Assembly (NCBI GenBank): GCA_965644495.1
Contig: CBFFSA010000001.1
Coordinates: 3,472,001 to 3,536,000 of the forward strand
Direction of reading: 5' to 3'
DNA length: 64,000 bases
Source: Perkinsela sp. CCAP 1560/9
Taxonomy: Eukaryota; Protista; Euglenozoa: Kinetoplastea
Within the stretch, counting starts at the first letter, position 1; every line of letters begins with the position of its first letter. Shown here piece after piece: positions 43,593-55,300 of this stretch. Under the pieces are notes generated by a model that did no database searches, was not told the DNA's origin, and saw only the letters and a program-made list of their open reading frames with translations. A program made the translations under genes and the position numbers.

Positions 43593-44919
43593 CTGTCCCC
43601 CCTACTTAAGAGTCCGCGGGTTACCCCCCCTACTTAAGAGTCCCTTTTGACGGAGCCTCGGGCTGCCTGCGGCGCGAAGCGCCGCCGGAATTTTTTTTTT
43701 TGATTTTGTTTTTGTTTTCTTTGATTTTGTTTTATTTATCTGCCCATTGCGTTTAGTTGAGTTTTCAATATTTCCAAGCAATTTTCCTTGGTACTCCGAG
43801 GAAGGAGCAGACTACGAGCAGGCATGGTACACAACCATCCTCAACCCCTTTCAACTCTCTCGCGAACTGAACGAAGTTCTTCTCCCCGCCGATCACCCTC
43901 CTCACACGAGAACGGCGAATCTGCCGACCAACCCCCTTCATCTATCACCCCACCCAACCACGGTAGCCCTCCGTTACCCCATTCCGGTAGCCAACCCCGT
44001 TCTCTTCTAGCCCCATTTCCTCATCAAGACAACCATCGTTTTCAACCCTCCTCACACCCCCACCTTCCCAACCCACCCGACCAACCCCGTACTCCTCTCT
44101 CCCCATCGCATCAAGGAAACCCTAACCTTCAGCCCCTTCACACCCCCGACTTCCCAACCGCCCGTTCCGACCTTCTTCGTACCTCAGACTTCCCAACACC
44201 CTTCTTTGCGGCCTTTCACACCACGGTCGCAACTCGACTCACTCCCCACGCGAGTACGGTAAACTTCCTGATCAACCCTTTTCCCACTCCCGACTTCCCA
44301 ACCCTCCCAACCGCTCCCCTTCCCACCCCCGCCTTCCCAACCCTCCCAACCGCTCCCTTTTTTGAACATGCCTCAGTGGCACGTCGGGCTAATGTCAAAA
44401 TTTTCCGAGACAGGCTTATTTCTCACTTAGAAATAAGCTCAAAAGACCCTTACTTGATGTATTTCGCCAAATGCCCTCAGCAAATGCCTGGCGAAAATAC
44501 TTGCGGACTACACGTAGTAAATAACTTATGTTGTTCTCTTTTTGGTGTCGAAAAAGAGTATATTAGCAGATCAACACTATGCAAAGATTGGTCTCCACAC
44601 CTTGACTAGACAATAATTTTTATCAAATTCATAAAATTTACCACTCCTGATGTGAGTGCGTAATGGGGAAGTATGGTCGGGACCTCCTCGTGGTCTTCCC
44701 TGGCACTGCTATCTTATCGATAGTAAAGACGCCGACCTTCATTAGACAAAAATAGAGAAAAAAAATAGAGAGAAAAAACTTAGACAAAAAAGGAACCGGC
44801 CATATTGAAATTTTATGAAAAAATGCTGACCCCCCCACTTAAGAGTCCGGAAAATTGTGAACCCCCCACTTAAGAGTCCAAATGCCCAAAATCGGCGGAC
44901 TCTTAAGTAGGGGGGACAG
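43593..44919. mobile_element. TIR element with IR/DR-like architecture carrying a Pro-rich ORF with a Ulp1-like motif
   Basis: Perfect 25-bp TIRs CTGTCCCCCCTACTTAAGAGTCCGC. The CCCCCC(T)ACTTAAGAGTCC core recurs internally near 43625, 44831 and 44862. Flanks are TA and CA. Confidence 0.85.
43788..44609 (+). CDS. TE-borne Pro-rich ORF ending in a Ulp1/C48-like catalytic-Cys motif (probably a remnant)
   Basis: CPQQMPGENTCGLHVVNN. Internal 39-bp duplication (PT..FPTLPTAP). No ATG start, and catalytic His/Asp not evident. Confidence 0.45.
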   Translation: MVLRGRSRLRAGMVHNHPQPLSTLSRTERSSSPRRSPSSHENGESADQPPSSITPPNHGSPPLPHSGSQPRSLLAPFPHQDNHRFQPSSHPHLPNPPDQPRTPLSPSHQGNPNLQPLHTPDFPTARSDLLRTSDFPTPFFAAFHTTVATRLTPHASTVNFLINPFPTPDFPTLPTAPLPTPAFPTLPTAPFFEHASVARRANVKIFRDRLISHLEISSKDPYLMYFAKCPQQMPGENTCGLHVVNNLCCSLFGVEKEYISRSTLCKDWSPHLD

Positions 44920-45253
44920 CAGTTAGTTATCCACCGCCTGGATGGATAGCCCCCTCCATACAGTCTGCGAGGGCTGCGGTTCTGGAGGAGGCTATAACCC
45001 TTTTCCGCACATTTTCTCGCGGGTCGCTATCCCACTGGTGGATGAAAACGCAAACGCACGTGGCATGTGCTTAACTTCGACAGAGTACCATTTATTGTAA
45101 ATGATGCGTACAGAGCTACTGTATTATTCATATCGCAACGCGTAAGCAGTAAGTGCTGTAACACATATTTATAAACCATTCCTCTAAATACAATTCTAAT
45201 ACCTCTTTTTCCTTACATTCTTAGCGCCTTTTCTTCCTTTCCCCCCCATTCTC

Positions 45254-46402
45254 ATGTTCATACCCACCCCCACCCCACTACGCCCCATCATCTTCTCCCC
45301 CGCCCGTGACCGTCTCATGTTCCCCTTCAACAAGATCACCCAAACCTTCCCTTTAATCTACGAAAACAACCTCGCCTTCAAAGCCGGGCGCGGGTTCCCC
45401 TACTACACCGGGGCCAAGCCCCACGACCCGGAACTCCACCCCCACCCGAGTCTCCCGAAAACCATGATGAACTCCCGGCAGCCCACCTACACCACATGGG
45501 ACATGAAACTGTGCCCCTCGCTGATCACCGGGGCCACGCTAAAGCCCACCGTGGAGTACGTGGGGCCGCGCACCGGGAAGTACTACCCTATGGTGGGGTG
45601 GGTGCGACACGGGACCACCTGGAGGCACGCCGGGGGGTATGAAAAGGCATGGAGGGGGAAACGGTACCAGCACATTGGACGCTGGGTGGAGTACAGGATG
45701 ACCCCGCGATGGAAGCTCGCGCCGCGGATTGGGGCATCGGGGCCCGGGGCACGGTGGAGAGGACGGTTGTTGTATACGAATCTGAGGTTGAAGAAACTGT
45801 TGTGGGCGGTGGAGACGGGGAGGCTGAACCCGAATGAGCGGATTACGTTGTATCATTTGGTGGAGGCGAAGGTGATGGCGCCGTGGGAGGTGGTGTGGCC
45901 CGGGGTGAAGTTGCTGGCACAGGATTTAGATACTCTGTCGCGGCCGTTGCATATTGAGCTACAGCAAGCCTCCGCGCGGGCGGTGGAGTTGATTGAACGC
46001 GCCGGGGGGAGCTTTACATGTACCTATATGAGCCCCCAGGGGATGTTCCAGGAGATTTTCCCAGAGGAGTTTCCGATTTTTACGGATCAACACATGCCGG
46101 ATCGAGCCTCTTTTGAGAGTGCTTCAGCAAATCCTGAAAAGCGGGGGTATCTCGCAAAGTGGTATGAGGATGTCTCGAAGTATGCAGATCCTACCGCTGG
46201 GCGACGTTTGTCTCATTTTGTAGAGCCTCCTGTAGATCGCGATTTCCCCGCCACCTTGGAAGAGTATGATAAGGTTAAACATCACCAGAAATGGCATCTA
46301 GGACAACCTGGAACAGGCACAGTATTGCCATGGCTTTCAGAACGTTCCAATTTACGTCAGGACGACAAAGAAAATAACGATTTAGACAGCACGAGCTCGT
46401 AA
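45254..46402 (+). CDS. Mitochondrial ribosomal protein uL15m
   Basis: GRLNPNERITLYHL, GVKLL and IELQQASARAVELIERAGG match the uL15 C-terminal domain. Long extensions are typical of kinetoplastid mitoribosomal proteins. Confidence 0.8.
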   Translation: MFIPTPTPLRPIIFSPARDRLMFPFNKITQTFPLIYENNLAFKAGRGFPYYTGAKPHDPELHPHPSLPKTMMNSRQPTYTTWDMKLCPSLITGATLKPTVEYVGPRTGKYYPMVGWVRHGTTWRHAGGYEKAWRGKRYQHIGRWVEYRMTPRWKLAPRIGASGPGARWRGRLLYTNLRLKKLLWAVETGRLNPNERITLYHLVEAKVMAPWEVVWPGVKLLAQDLDTLSRPLHIELQQASARAVELIERAGGSFTCTYMSPQGMFQEIFPEEFPIFTDQHMPDRASFESASANPEKRGYLAKWYEDVSKYADPTAGRRLSHFVEPPVDRDFPATLEEYDKVKHHQKWHLGQPGTGTVLPWLSERSNLRQDDKENNDLDSTSS

Positions 46403-46795
46403 GCATACCTTCAAACTGAGAATGTTCGTACTTTTTACGCATCCCTGGGCAGAGACACGCCGCTTTACAGTGCCTTTGATGATCAAGTTTAATCTCTACC
46501 TTACGCAACTCGAAATTGAACGGAAAGTTTTGTAGTATACTGATTTCTTTTATGTAAAATATTTCTTAAAGTCTTTTTCCTTCTGCGGTAATACTGTAAA
46601 ATCCCCCTAATAGGTGACGTAGGCCATTTCTAGGTTTACTCCCAATAAGGTAGGTTAGGTCCAAGTGCTCTATACTTTATACTGTAGAGTCTACCGTACA
46701 ATACGTGCGCGCGCTATTCCAAGTTACACGCTTAAGCAGCTTCAGTTCTATTCATAAACTTCTCTTACCTTGAATGTAGCATTTAATAGCTTCGT

Positions 46796-48127
46796 ATGCG
46801 AGAAACTGTTTTGCACGCTACTCTTGTAAGCAGTACCTCTTCACTTAGTTCTTTAATAGTTCAGGCAGCTACTGCCGACAAGCAACAATCAGGTTACCGA
46901 AGATTTCGTGAAAAAGAACCTTTTCAATTTGCCTGGAAAAGCACTCCGCCACCCTGGGTAGAAGCCGAAACGAGGGAGGGTATTGAAATTATGGACACTA
47001 CTTTGCCTTATACGGAGCGAACACACGCTGAATTTTTTGCGCTCATGCGTTGGCTAGCGCCTTCTGAAGCGGAAACTCAGGTACGCTTATCGGTGCACCA
47101 GGAAGTGGTAGCTATTTTGCAACAAGTGGACCCCAACATACAGGTAGATATTTTCGGTTCTCTTATGTACGGCGTGGCGCTCCCAGTGTCAGATATGGAT
47201 ATGAACGTAACTTCGTCCTCTGAGGGGCTTCTTTCAGTGGAGAAATTAGGTAATGTTCTACGAGCTACAGGTCTCTACTACAAGTTCAAAGTACTTCGTA
47301 AGGCACGAGTGCCTTTGGTGAAGTGTACTCACAGGCGCAGCGCTACAGAACTTGACTTTACTATATCCAACAATTCTGGGCGAATAACGGGTCATGTCGC
47401 AAGAGAATATTTCGAGCGCTTTCCTGCAGCGCGTCCGCTCGTCGTGTTTTTGAAATATTTTCTACGTCAGAGAGGTCTAGAGGATGTCAGTCTTGGTGGA
47501 CTTTCGTCTTATAGTATTTGCCTTATGGTATTTTCCTACTTCCAAAATAGACCCCTGGAGAAGAAAGTCAAGGGCTACGGACAGCTTCTTTTAGAATTCC
47601 TGTATCTCTACGGTTATGACTTCAATCATCGACGACTGGGTATTGATGTTGCAAGGCAGCGTTACGTCCCAAAACCTCCAACTATTCCTGCAGAACACCT
47701 GTACATCGTGGATCCTGCGGATGAAAAAAATAACGTCAGTCGTGCAACTAAAAAGTACGACTTTATTTATCGATCGTTCCGGATAGCGCATACTGTTCTT
47801 ACCACAGTATTTCCTCCAAACATTGATAACTGTGGTTCTCTCTTTGGTCGACTCTTAAGAAACGATACGCACATGATATCACTTCGCCGATACATGTGTT
47901 CCTTTCCGGTGACTCAATACTATCCTGCGTGGCCAATTGACTCCCGCAATTTTATTCCGTCAATGAAAAACCAGTTTTTTGCATCCCCGAACTTGACGTT
48001 TGCTGATATTTCTGTTTTTCCTAGAAGGGGGAAAAAGCGCTCGGGTCATGAATCAGATGAGGTTGATAACTGGAGAAAACGAAGAGTGAGAATTTCAGAG
48101 AATGAAGACCATAGCTGGGAAGAATAA
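46796..48127 (+). CDS. Non-canonical poly(A) polymerase, Trf4/PAPD5-like
   Basis: FGS...LPVSDMD nucleotidyltransferase motif, KARVPLVK, GGLSSY, and the PAP-associated IVDP...NNV. Confidence 0.9.
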   Translation: MRETVLHATLVSSTSSLSSLIVQAATADKQQSGYRRFREKEPFQFAWKSTPPPWVEAETREGIEIMDTTLPYTERTHAEFFALMRWLAPSEAETQVRLSVHQEVVAILQQVDPNIQVDIFGSLMYGVALPVSDMDMNVTSSSEGLLSVEKLGNVLRATGLYYKFKVLRKARVPLVKCTHRRSATELDFTISNNSGRITGHVAREYFERFPAARPLVVFLKYFLRQRGLEDVSLGGLSSYSICLMVFSYFQNRPLEKKVKGYGQLLLEFLYLYGYDFNHRRLGIDVARQRYVPKPPTIPAEHLYIVDPADEKNNVSRATKKYDFIYRSFRIAHTVLTTVFPPNIDNCGSLFGRLLRNDTHMISLRRYMCSFPVTQYYPAWPIDSRNFIPSMKNQFFASPNLTFADISVFPRRGKKRSGHESDEVDNWRKRRVRISENEDHSWEE

Positions 48128-48536
48128 CTATAGCTGGAAGTAACCGGACCCCAAACATAAAAATGATGCACTTACCATGTAATCGAAATATTGGGGTCTG
48201 TTTATTCTCATACGTAAGAAAACACATAGTAAGAGATTGTTATCGGAAAAGAGTTGTCAAAAAGCTAAAGATGTTGTAGTTGTAGTTCAATTGTAGTAAA
48301 TAACTACAAAGAGAACATCGAGAAATAAATTTATATTATGAATGATGTTAAAAACATCAACAAATAACATGCCTTAGTTCCATCTTATAAATATAAACTT
48401 TCCTTTTTTATCAAATGACTAAAAACTGTAAGTAAGATAGCCGAAGCATAGCAAAGTATCAAAAAGTTGTGACATGTATTACTCCAAAGAAAAGAAAAGA
48501 ATATTTCTTTTATTTATTAGAGTATCCTACGCTTAG

Positions 48537-51500
48537 ATGAGCGCATTCGAACTTCCTTCTGCGACACAGGATTCCCCGGCGCAGGATGATTTTTCTACTC
48601 CTGTCCCCACATCTCGTAAGCCTGCGCCCATTGTACTTTCTGAAAAAAAGACTAATGTTATGGGTACTGTCGAAGAAGCAAAAGATTTAAAACGACGACT
48701 ACATGAAGTCGAGTGCGCCTTGCGAAGATCACACGTAGAAAATCAACGCTTACGCGACCGCTTCAAGGAAAAGATAAAAGCACGCCAAGAAGAAGCCGTT
48801 GAGAAAAAGAGACAACGAGATGAGGCAAATATACAAGATAAGAAGCACGCACACGACATGTTTCAACAGCTTAAAGATGAGCGCGCAAAGAGCGACGAAA
48901 TAGCATTAGAAAACAAGCGACTTCAAAGAGAGCTGCAAGAGGAAAAGGAAAAGAATACCCAGGTAACCACTGATCTAGAAAATATGCAATCCGAGAGAGA
49001 GCAACTTTTAGAAGGAAAAGGACAATTGGATGCAAAAGTACAACAGACTTCAGTGGATTTTGGGCTTCTAAACGAAGAATTAAGCAAACGAAAGCTAATG
49101 TTGGATACTACTCGAGAGAAACTTGCCTACATAGAAACAGAAAAAGACACATTGCAGGAAAGGTTGAATGAGGCACTTGAACACACACAACGGGCCGAGG
49201 GATTACAACGCCAGCTTATGGATGAAATCACTGAGGCTCGTCTGGAGGAAGTCCGGGCTAAAGATTTATCGGTTCGGCTACAGAACACATCAGCAACGCT
49301 TTCTGAAAAAACTTCTGAGGCCACAAAGTTAAAAGAGGAAGTGAGTCAGCTTACAGTTGCTAATCAGGATCTTAAGCATCAGTGCGAAGCCTTATCCAGC
49401 GATCTACAAGATATTACTGAGAGTCTGCAAGCTTCGAAGGCTGAGAATGAATCACTTCAAGACAGCTTAGCTCGAGAAAGCCAAGAGAGTCAAACTTTAC
49501 GCGGGCGTCTTGAGGGTGTCGCACAGAATAGTGACGAGCAGGGTAAGGAACTGTCAGCCAAAGAATCTGAAACTAACATGTTACGCAGCACTATTGAGTT
49601 TTACAAAAGCGAGGTGGAAAATTTGAAGAATCAACTTCAAGAAAGTCGGAAACGTGTTTCAGAGCTCGAAGACTCTCACGAGCAGGCGACGGGAGATATC
49701 AAAGATCTGCAAGATAAACTTGACGAATCTAGTCGTGCATGTGAGTTGGATGCATGCTTGACGAGTCAGTACCGTACAGACCTCGAGGAGCGTCGCAGCG
49801 CACTTTCTGCACTCGAGAGAGAGTTAAAAAAGGTTGACCAAGAGAGAGTTGACATTCAGTCGCAGCTTGAGCATGAGAGACTACGAAACACCGCTCTTGA
49901 AAAAGCCCTTGTGCGAGCCCAGGAAGATGTCAGTGACCAATCACAGCGCCGCACAGCTGTGTCACAATCCCTGGAGAAAGAAGTGTCAAAATACCATGAA
50001 TTAGAGGGTCAAAATACAATCTTGGAGCAGGAATTACAGGCCGTGCACACTGAGCTAGATACTTTTGAGCAAGAAAACGAGGCCTTGAAAACGGAGCTAA
50101 GCACAGTACAAACTCAACTTCACACGCGTGAGGAGGAAATCTCCAATGCTACCCGTCGATCTCAATACCTTGACACCGATGCAAATATCAAAACTCAGCA
50201 AATTCATGATCTTCGTGAAAACTTACAGCGATGCACCGATGAACTCGATACAAAGCGTGTTCAGCTTCACTCAACAGAGACGCAACTCTCCGCGTCCCAA
50301 ATCACTCTTAAAGAACTACGTACTAAACTTGAGCAGAAACAATCTGAAGTATCCAGTATGGAGTCTACTTTGGATTTGAGTCGCAAAGCCCTTCTCGAAG
50401 AGCAGCAGAAGCTCGTTATGCAAAAGTCGGAGTTTGTATTCGCGCAGGGAGAGTTAGCCAACGAGCGACAATTACGTCAAAGTGATACTTCTCGGCTTCA
50501 GCGCGAGATAGAGGACTCGCAAAATGCACTTGAGGAGGTCCGCGCGCAGTACGATAGTCTTGTGACAACTCTTCACGAGTTTGAGGATGTCGTTTCCGAG
50601 CGTGAAGCTACTGTAGCTGACATGCAGAATCAAATTATTTCTCTAGAAGGCGGAAAACAATCTATCGAAGAGCGGGCTTCTGTTTTACAACACGATGTTG
50701 ATAAGCTAACAACAGAAAGAAATCGCCAAGAAACAGAGATTGCAGAAATGCAAAGTCGACTTCAAGATTCCGCCAAACAGGTACATCGATTGATGCGAGA
50801 TTTGCGTGACGCACATGGGGAAGTTACCGATGTAGTACGTTGGAGAGATGAGGAACGTTCGTCGCATGACACACTTCGCAAAGAATACAAATTATACCGC
50901 TCCGAGCTGGACAAAGAATTGCAGGAAACGAAAACACGCATTATCACGCTTACCAGCGATTTAGATTTACTTCGGAGCCAATTAACTGAAGCACAACAGC
51001 GTGTGGCACAACTCTCAGAGAGTTTAATGGAAGAAGAGTCGACATCCCAACAATTACGAACTCAACTAGACTGCGCGGAGAAAGAACTTCACGTGGAGTC
51101 CGGTGCTCGAAAGGAACTGGAGCAACGATACGTTGAGACTATTCAAGAGTTACAATCGTCCAATGCCACTACGGCAACACTTCTGGAGGAAGCCTCAGAA
51201 TTGCGCGAATCAGTCCAGGAAGCTCAGAAGAAGATTTACAATACCGAAGTTGCGTTTTCCCTTGAAAAAACTCGTGCAGAGCGATATCTCGCCTCTCTCG
51301 ATTCTGCAAACGGGGAGCTACGAGACTTGCGTTCAACAAAAGAGCAATTACTCTCCTCTTTGCGCATGCAAGAAACAAAATGTTCCGAATTGCTCCGGAC
51401 AGAAGATGTTCTTCGGGAATCGGTACAACAGAGAGCACGCGAATTGGAGGAGAGCATCTCGAAAAATCGCAGAGAGCGAATGGAAAATGATGAACAGGTT

Positions 51501-51950
51501 TCTCTCCTAAGATCCCAACTTCGCACGCTTGAGGCGGACTTCACCGGTGCAAAGGAAAATGCGATTCAATTACAAGCCACACTGGACCGTACGCAAGAAG
51601 ACCTGAACGATAATCGGTCTCGGGGTTTCGCCCTTAACCGGGAGTTTGAAGAGTTTAAAGAAACGTGTGATGAGACTACGCACAAGGCCCGTGAAGAGCG
51701 GGATCTCTTTATTCAGAAGTATCATTCAGCGTGTTATAGAAACATGCAAGTCGAGCGGGAGGCGCATGAAGCCCGGCAAAACTACCTGAATGAGTACGAA
51801 TCATTTGAGCAATTACGATTAAACCATGATGCCGTGTTGGGCCGTCTTCGCGAAAAAGTTGCTGAGCGAGAGGAGAAATTTCGCGCCGCTTTGGACCAAG
51901 AAAGAAAGCGCATTGCTGAACTTGAATCCCTACTTCACCAAGGGCGTTAG
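48537..51950 (+). CDS. Long coiled-coil protein (paralogue A)
   Basis: 1137 aa heptad-rich protein. The C-terminal ERDL.I.KYHSACYRN.QVER motif is shared with 52336. Confidence 0.85.
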   Translation: MSAFELPSATQDSPAQDDFSTPVPTSRKPAPIVLSEKKTNVMGTVEEAKDLKRRLHEVECALRRSHVENQRLRDRFKEKIKARQEEAVEKKRQRDEANIQDKKHAHDMFQQLKDERAKSDEIALENKRLQRELQEEKEKNTQVTTDLENMQSEREQLLEGKGQLDAKVQQTSVDFGLLNEELSKRKLMLDTTREKLAYIETEKDTLQERLNEALEHTQRAEGLQRQLMDEITEARLEEVRAKDLSVRLQNTSATLSEKTSEATKLKEEVSQLTVANQDLKHQCEALSSDLQDITESLQASKAENESLQDSLARESQESQTLRGRLEGVAQNSDEQGKELSAKESETNMLRSTIEFYKSEVENLKNQLQESRKRVSELEDSHEQATGDIKDLQDKLDESSRACELDACLTSQYRTDLEERRSALSALERELKKVDQERVDIQSQLEHERLRNTALEKALVRAQEDVSDQSQRRTAVSQSLEKEVSKYHELEGQNTILEQELQAVHTELDTFEQENEALKTELSTVQTQLHTREEEISNATRRSQYLDTDANIKTQQIHDLRENLQRCTDELDTKRVQLHSTETQLSASQITLKELRTKLEQKQSEVSSMESTLDLSRKALLEEQQKLVMQKSEFVFAQGELANERQLRQSDTSRLQREIEDSQNALEEVRAQYDSLVTTLHEFEDVVSEREATVADMQNQIISLEGGKQSIEERASVLQHDVDKLTTERNRQETEIAEMQSRLQDSAKQVHRLMRDLRDAHGEVTDVVRWRDEERSSHDTLRKEYKLYRSELDKELQETKTRIITLTSDLDLLRSQLTEAQQRVAQLSESLMEEESTSQQLRTQLDCAEKELHVESGARKELEQRYVETIQELQSSNATTATLLEEASELRESVQEAQKKIYNTEVAFSLEKTRAERYLASLDSANGELRDLRSTKEQLLSSLRMQETKCSELLRTEDVLRESVQQRARELEESISKNRRERMENDEQVSLLRSQLRTLEADFTGAKENAIQLQATLDRTQEDLNDNRSRGFALNREFEEFKETCDETTHKAREERDLFIQKYHSACYRNMQVEREAHEARQNYLNEYESFEQLRLNHDAVLGRLREKVAEREEKFRAALDQERKRIAELESLLHQGR

Positions 51951-52335
51951 TTTTATATTTGATAGGCATTAGCATGCATTTTACGGAGTAGCCAGCGTAC
52001 TAGCGGTACCTCTAGAGTACTTTTTCTATAAATTTAAGTAAAAGTTGGGTTTTTTATATTAGTAGTATAGAATTTTCTAATATTAAGTATTTTCCTGCGT
52101 TGTGTCAACAACGTATAATTTATTGTCTGTTGAATTTTTTATTGAATAGACTTGGGGGATCGGATCATAGATTCCTGTTTTGTACAGCTTCATGAATTAT
52201 TCAATATAGTTATAGACAATTCAGAAAAACAACAGTGTACTTTATTTACACGTCAGACCCTTATTTCACGTACTTCTTTCATAATTTTTGACTATGCTCA
52301 GTAATTACAACTGCTTTTAGTTAGATTTTCATATT

Positions 52336-55300
52336 ATGTCGAATTTGGACCCTGAACACCTAGAAGTTGATTTGTCGGATGGTTCTCTTCATACTCCGCA
52401 ACGAGCATGTACTTCCGGACATGCCACTTCGATTTGCAGGTCAAGATATCGCCTCGGCGAACGCTCTGCTTCAAAGCCAATTGGGAAACTAGTTACTACC
52501 CAAGATCAGGAAATAAAGGATTTAAGAAGGACTCTTAGCGAATCTCAGTTCGAGGCACGGAAGCAAACAAACGAATGTGAACGACTTCGGGAACAGTTGT
52601 CAAACGTTTTCCGCCTAAAACAAGACGAAGCTACTCTAAATCGAACCGCCCGAGAAACAGGAACGGTGCGCGAAAGGAAAATACATCGAGACTGGATTAA
52701 AAAAGCTAAGCAAGAAAAGCGTACCGCAACACAGCTTTCATCAGCAAATGAAGAGCTAAAGAAACAAATTTCGGTATTAGTGTCTCAATTAGAGCAAGAG
52801 CGTTCTTCCTGGCAGATTAAAATGACAGAAATGGAAGGCGAGAAAGAGAGTTATTGTCAGAATCGTATTGCACCGGCATTCCAAGAACTGCGTCAAACCA
52901 TACAGGAACGAGATAATGCCCAAAAAAGTGCTGAAAACTCAAAAATTTTATTCGATCAGCTGCAAAAGGATTTCGAAGAATTACAGAAAGCTCTTCATCA
53001 CACAGAGAATCAGCTTTCGAGATCTCAAGTTCAGAAGAAGGAACTTATGGATGAGATTACCAGCTTGAGATTGGGAAACGACTCCTGTAGCGAAGCGCAA
53101 AAGCGGCTTGCAGAAGTTACTGAAGCTCTCGTTACGAAAGATGACATCATGTTGAAATTATCACAAGAAAACCAAAAACTTACATACTTGCAAACAAATC
53201 TTGAAAAGGAAATCGGCAGAAGTGCTCCTAGATGTGAAGAATTGAAGAAGGAAGTGGAGCAACTCAAGGAAAGGGGGAATAATCTTGACGCACAGTTATC
53301 CGCTGCTCTCTCTGAAAACGAGAGTTTGCGAGACAAGAACATAGCGATATCTCTCAGTCTTACAAATGTTCAATCACGGTATTTGACGTGTCAAGGAGAC
53401 CTTCACACTGTTGAGGCAGATCGAGATATGTGCAAGTTTGAGAATAAACTTTTCAAAGAAGAACGGGAGACGAAAGTGGAAGTAAACAAAGAATTACAAG
53501 AAAAGGTGCATCTTCATTGCTTAAAAGAGGAAACCTGGGATTATGAAAAGAGAAAATTTCAAGAACGTTCCGCGGAAGAAAGTCAAGCAAAAGAAAGATA
53601 CTTAGCAAGTGCGCAGTCACTAGAAGAGCGGCTACTAGAGAGCGAACAGGTACTGTGCAAGGCTAATGGGACAATCAAATTACTGCAACTTGAAGCGGAG
53701 AAGGAAAAAGGGGAATTCATTTTAATTCAAAACTCAAACAATAAATTGCGAGTTCAGCAAGAAATCGACAAGAGCTGTATTCAAGAAATAAGTCGGTCTC
53801 TTTGTGAAGCCCAAAAAGACAATTTAGAATTATCTTCCTCAAGTGCGGCTACTCAGAAAGAACTAGTGTATCTTCGAGAAGTTCATTCAAGGACACAGCT
53901 TGAAACCCAAGAAGTTGGCACACGTATTCGAAAAATTGAAAACGAGCTTTCCATCTCTAAAATGGAAGCTCAATCATTGCAAAACAGCCTTGAAGAGGCT
54001 CGTTTGATCATTAACGATACCTCATCTGAGAAGGAAAGACTGATTACTGAAACACATGAATGTAATTCTGAAATTCGGCGCTGTCGCTTAGCATTGGCCG
54101 ACTACGAAATGAAGCTCGATCAAGAAAATCATCGTTTTCAAGATCAGGAACAGAGTCTAAAGAAAGGAAGAAGTGAACATTTGGCTCTTCAAGAGCAGGC
54201 AGAGAAAAACGGGAAAGAGCTTCAGGGTTTGCAAATGTGTGTTACAGCCCTTGAAGGCGAGACAGAAAGGCTTGCTCAAGAACGCGAAGTCTATCGAAAA
54301 GAACTACAAAACTGTATTCAGAAAGCTCAAAAACTTTTTACTAGTTTTCTGGAAAATAATGCAAAGTGCGTCGAATTTGAGAAAATCGTAGAACTGCAAG
54401 AATCTTCGTTAAAAGAAAAAGATAGTCTCTATAAGAAAATGGAAATTAAGCTCGAAATGTTTGAAAGTCAAATTTATGAATACAGAAAAGAACGCGACGC
54501 TCAAAAACGCTTGGAGTCGGATTTGAAATCAGAAATTAGAAACCTGAGTGCGCATTGCGAAAAATTAAAGGAAAAAATAGCTTGCAATGAGATGGAAATG
54601 GCGAATCTTTATTCCACTCACAAATCCATTGAAGAAAAATTGTTAAATACAGCCAAATCATTACATAAGGAAAACAAAACATCTGAAATTACTAGAAGTA
54701 ATCTCTCCAAGGCTCTTGAAGAAAAGGAACAAACAAAAGCAGCTCTTCAAAACTCGCTCCTTAAAATAGATTCTTTGCAAGGCGAAATAGGAACAATACG
54801 ATTAGACTTTGAAACATGCCAGTTGAAGAATCAGCGACTTTCGGACGATATAGAAAAATTTGAATGTGATTGCTGCATCAAGGAGCAAAAACTCTTTGAA
54901 TGTGAGGAAAGTCTTGCTACGAAAGATAGACTTATCTCCGTTACCCAACAGAAGTTGGAAGAGAGTGATATTCAGTTACAATCTATGAAGTCTCAAGCGG
55001 AAGACCTGAAATTGATTGAAGAATCTCTCCGGAATGAAGTTCTTAGGACCTTAACTCTGCTTGGGAATGAAAAGTCACGAAATTCCGAATTGGTACATGC
55101 ACTTAAAATTTCTGAGGAAAACGAGATGTGCTGCCAATCGAAAGCGGACGCCTCGGGTGTCAGAGTTCAAGCTCTACAAGAAGAGATTTACCAAGCTACG
55201 CAAGACAAGCATTATGTGCAGCTTTCGATAGATAGAAAGATATCAGAAATTGATGGCATCAAAATAGAAAATGAAAATTACTGCAAGAACATACGTAGCT

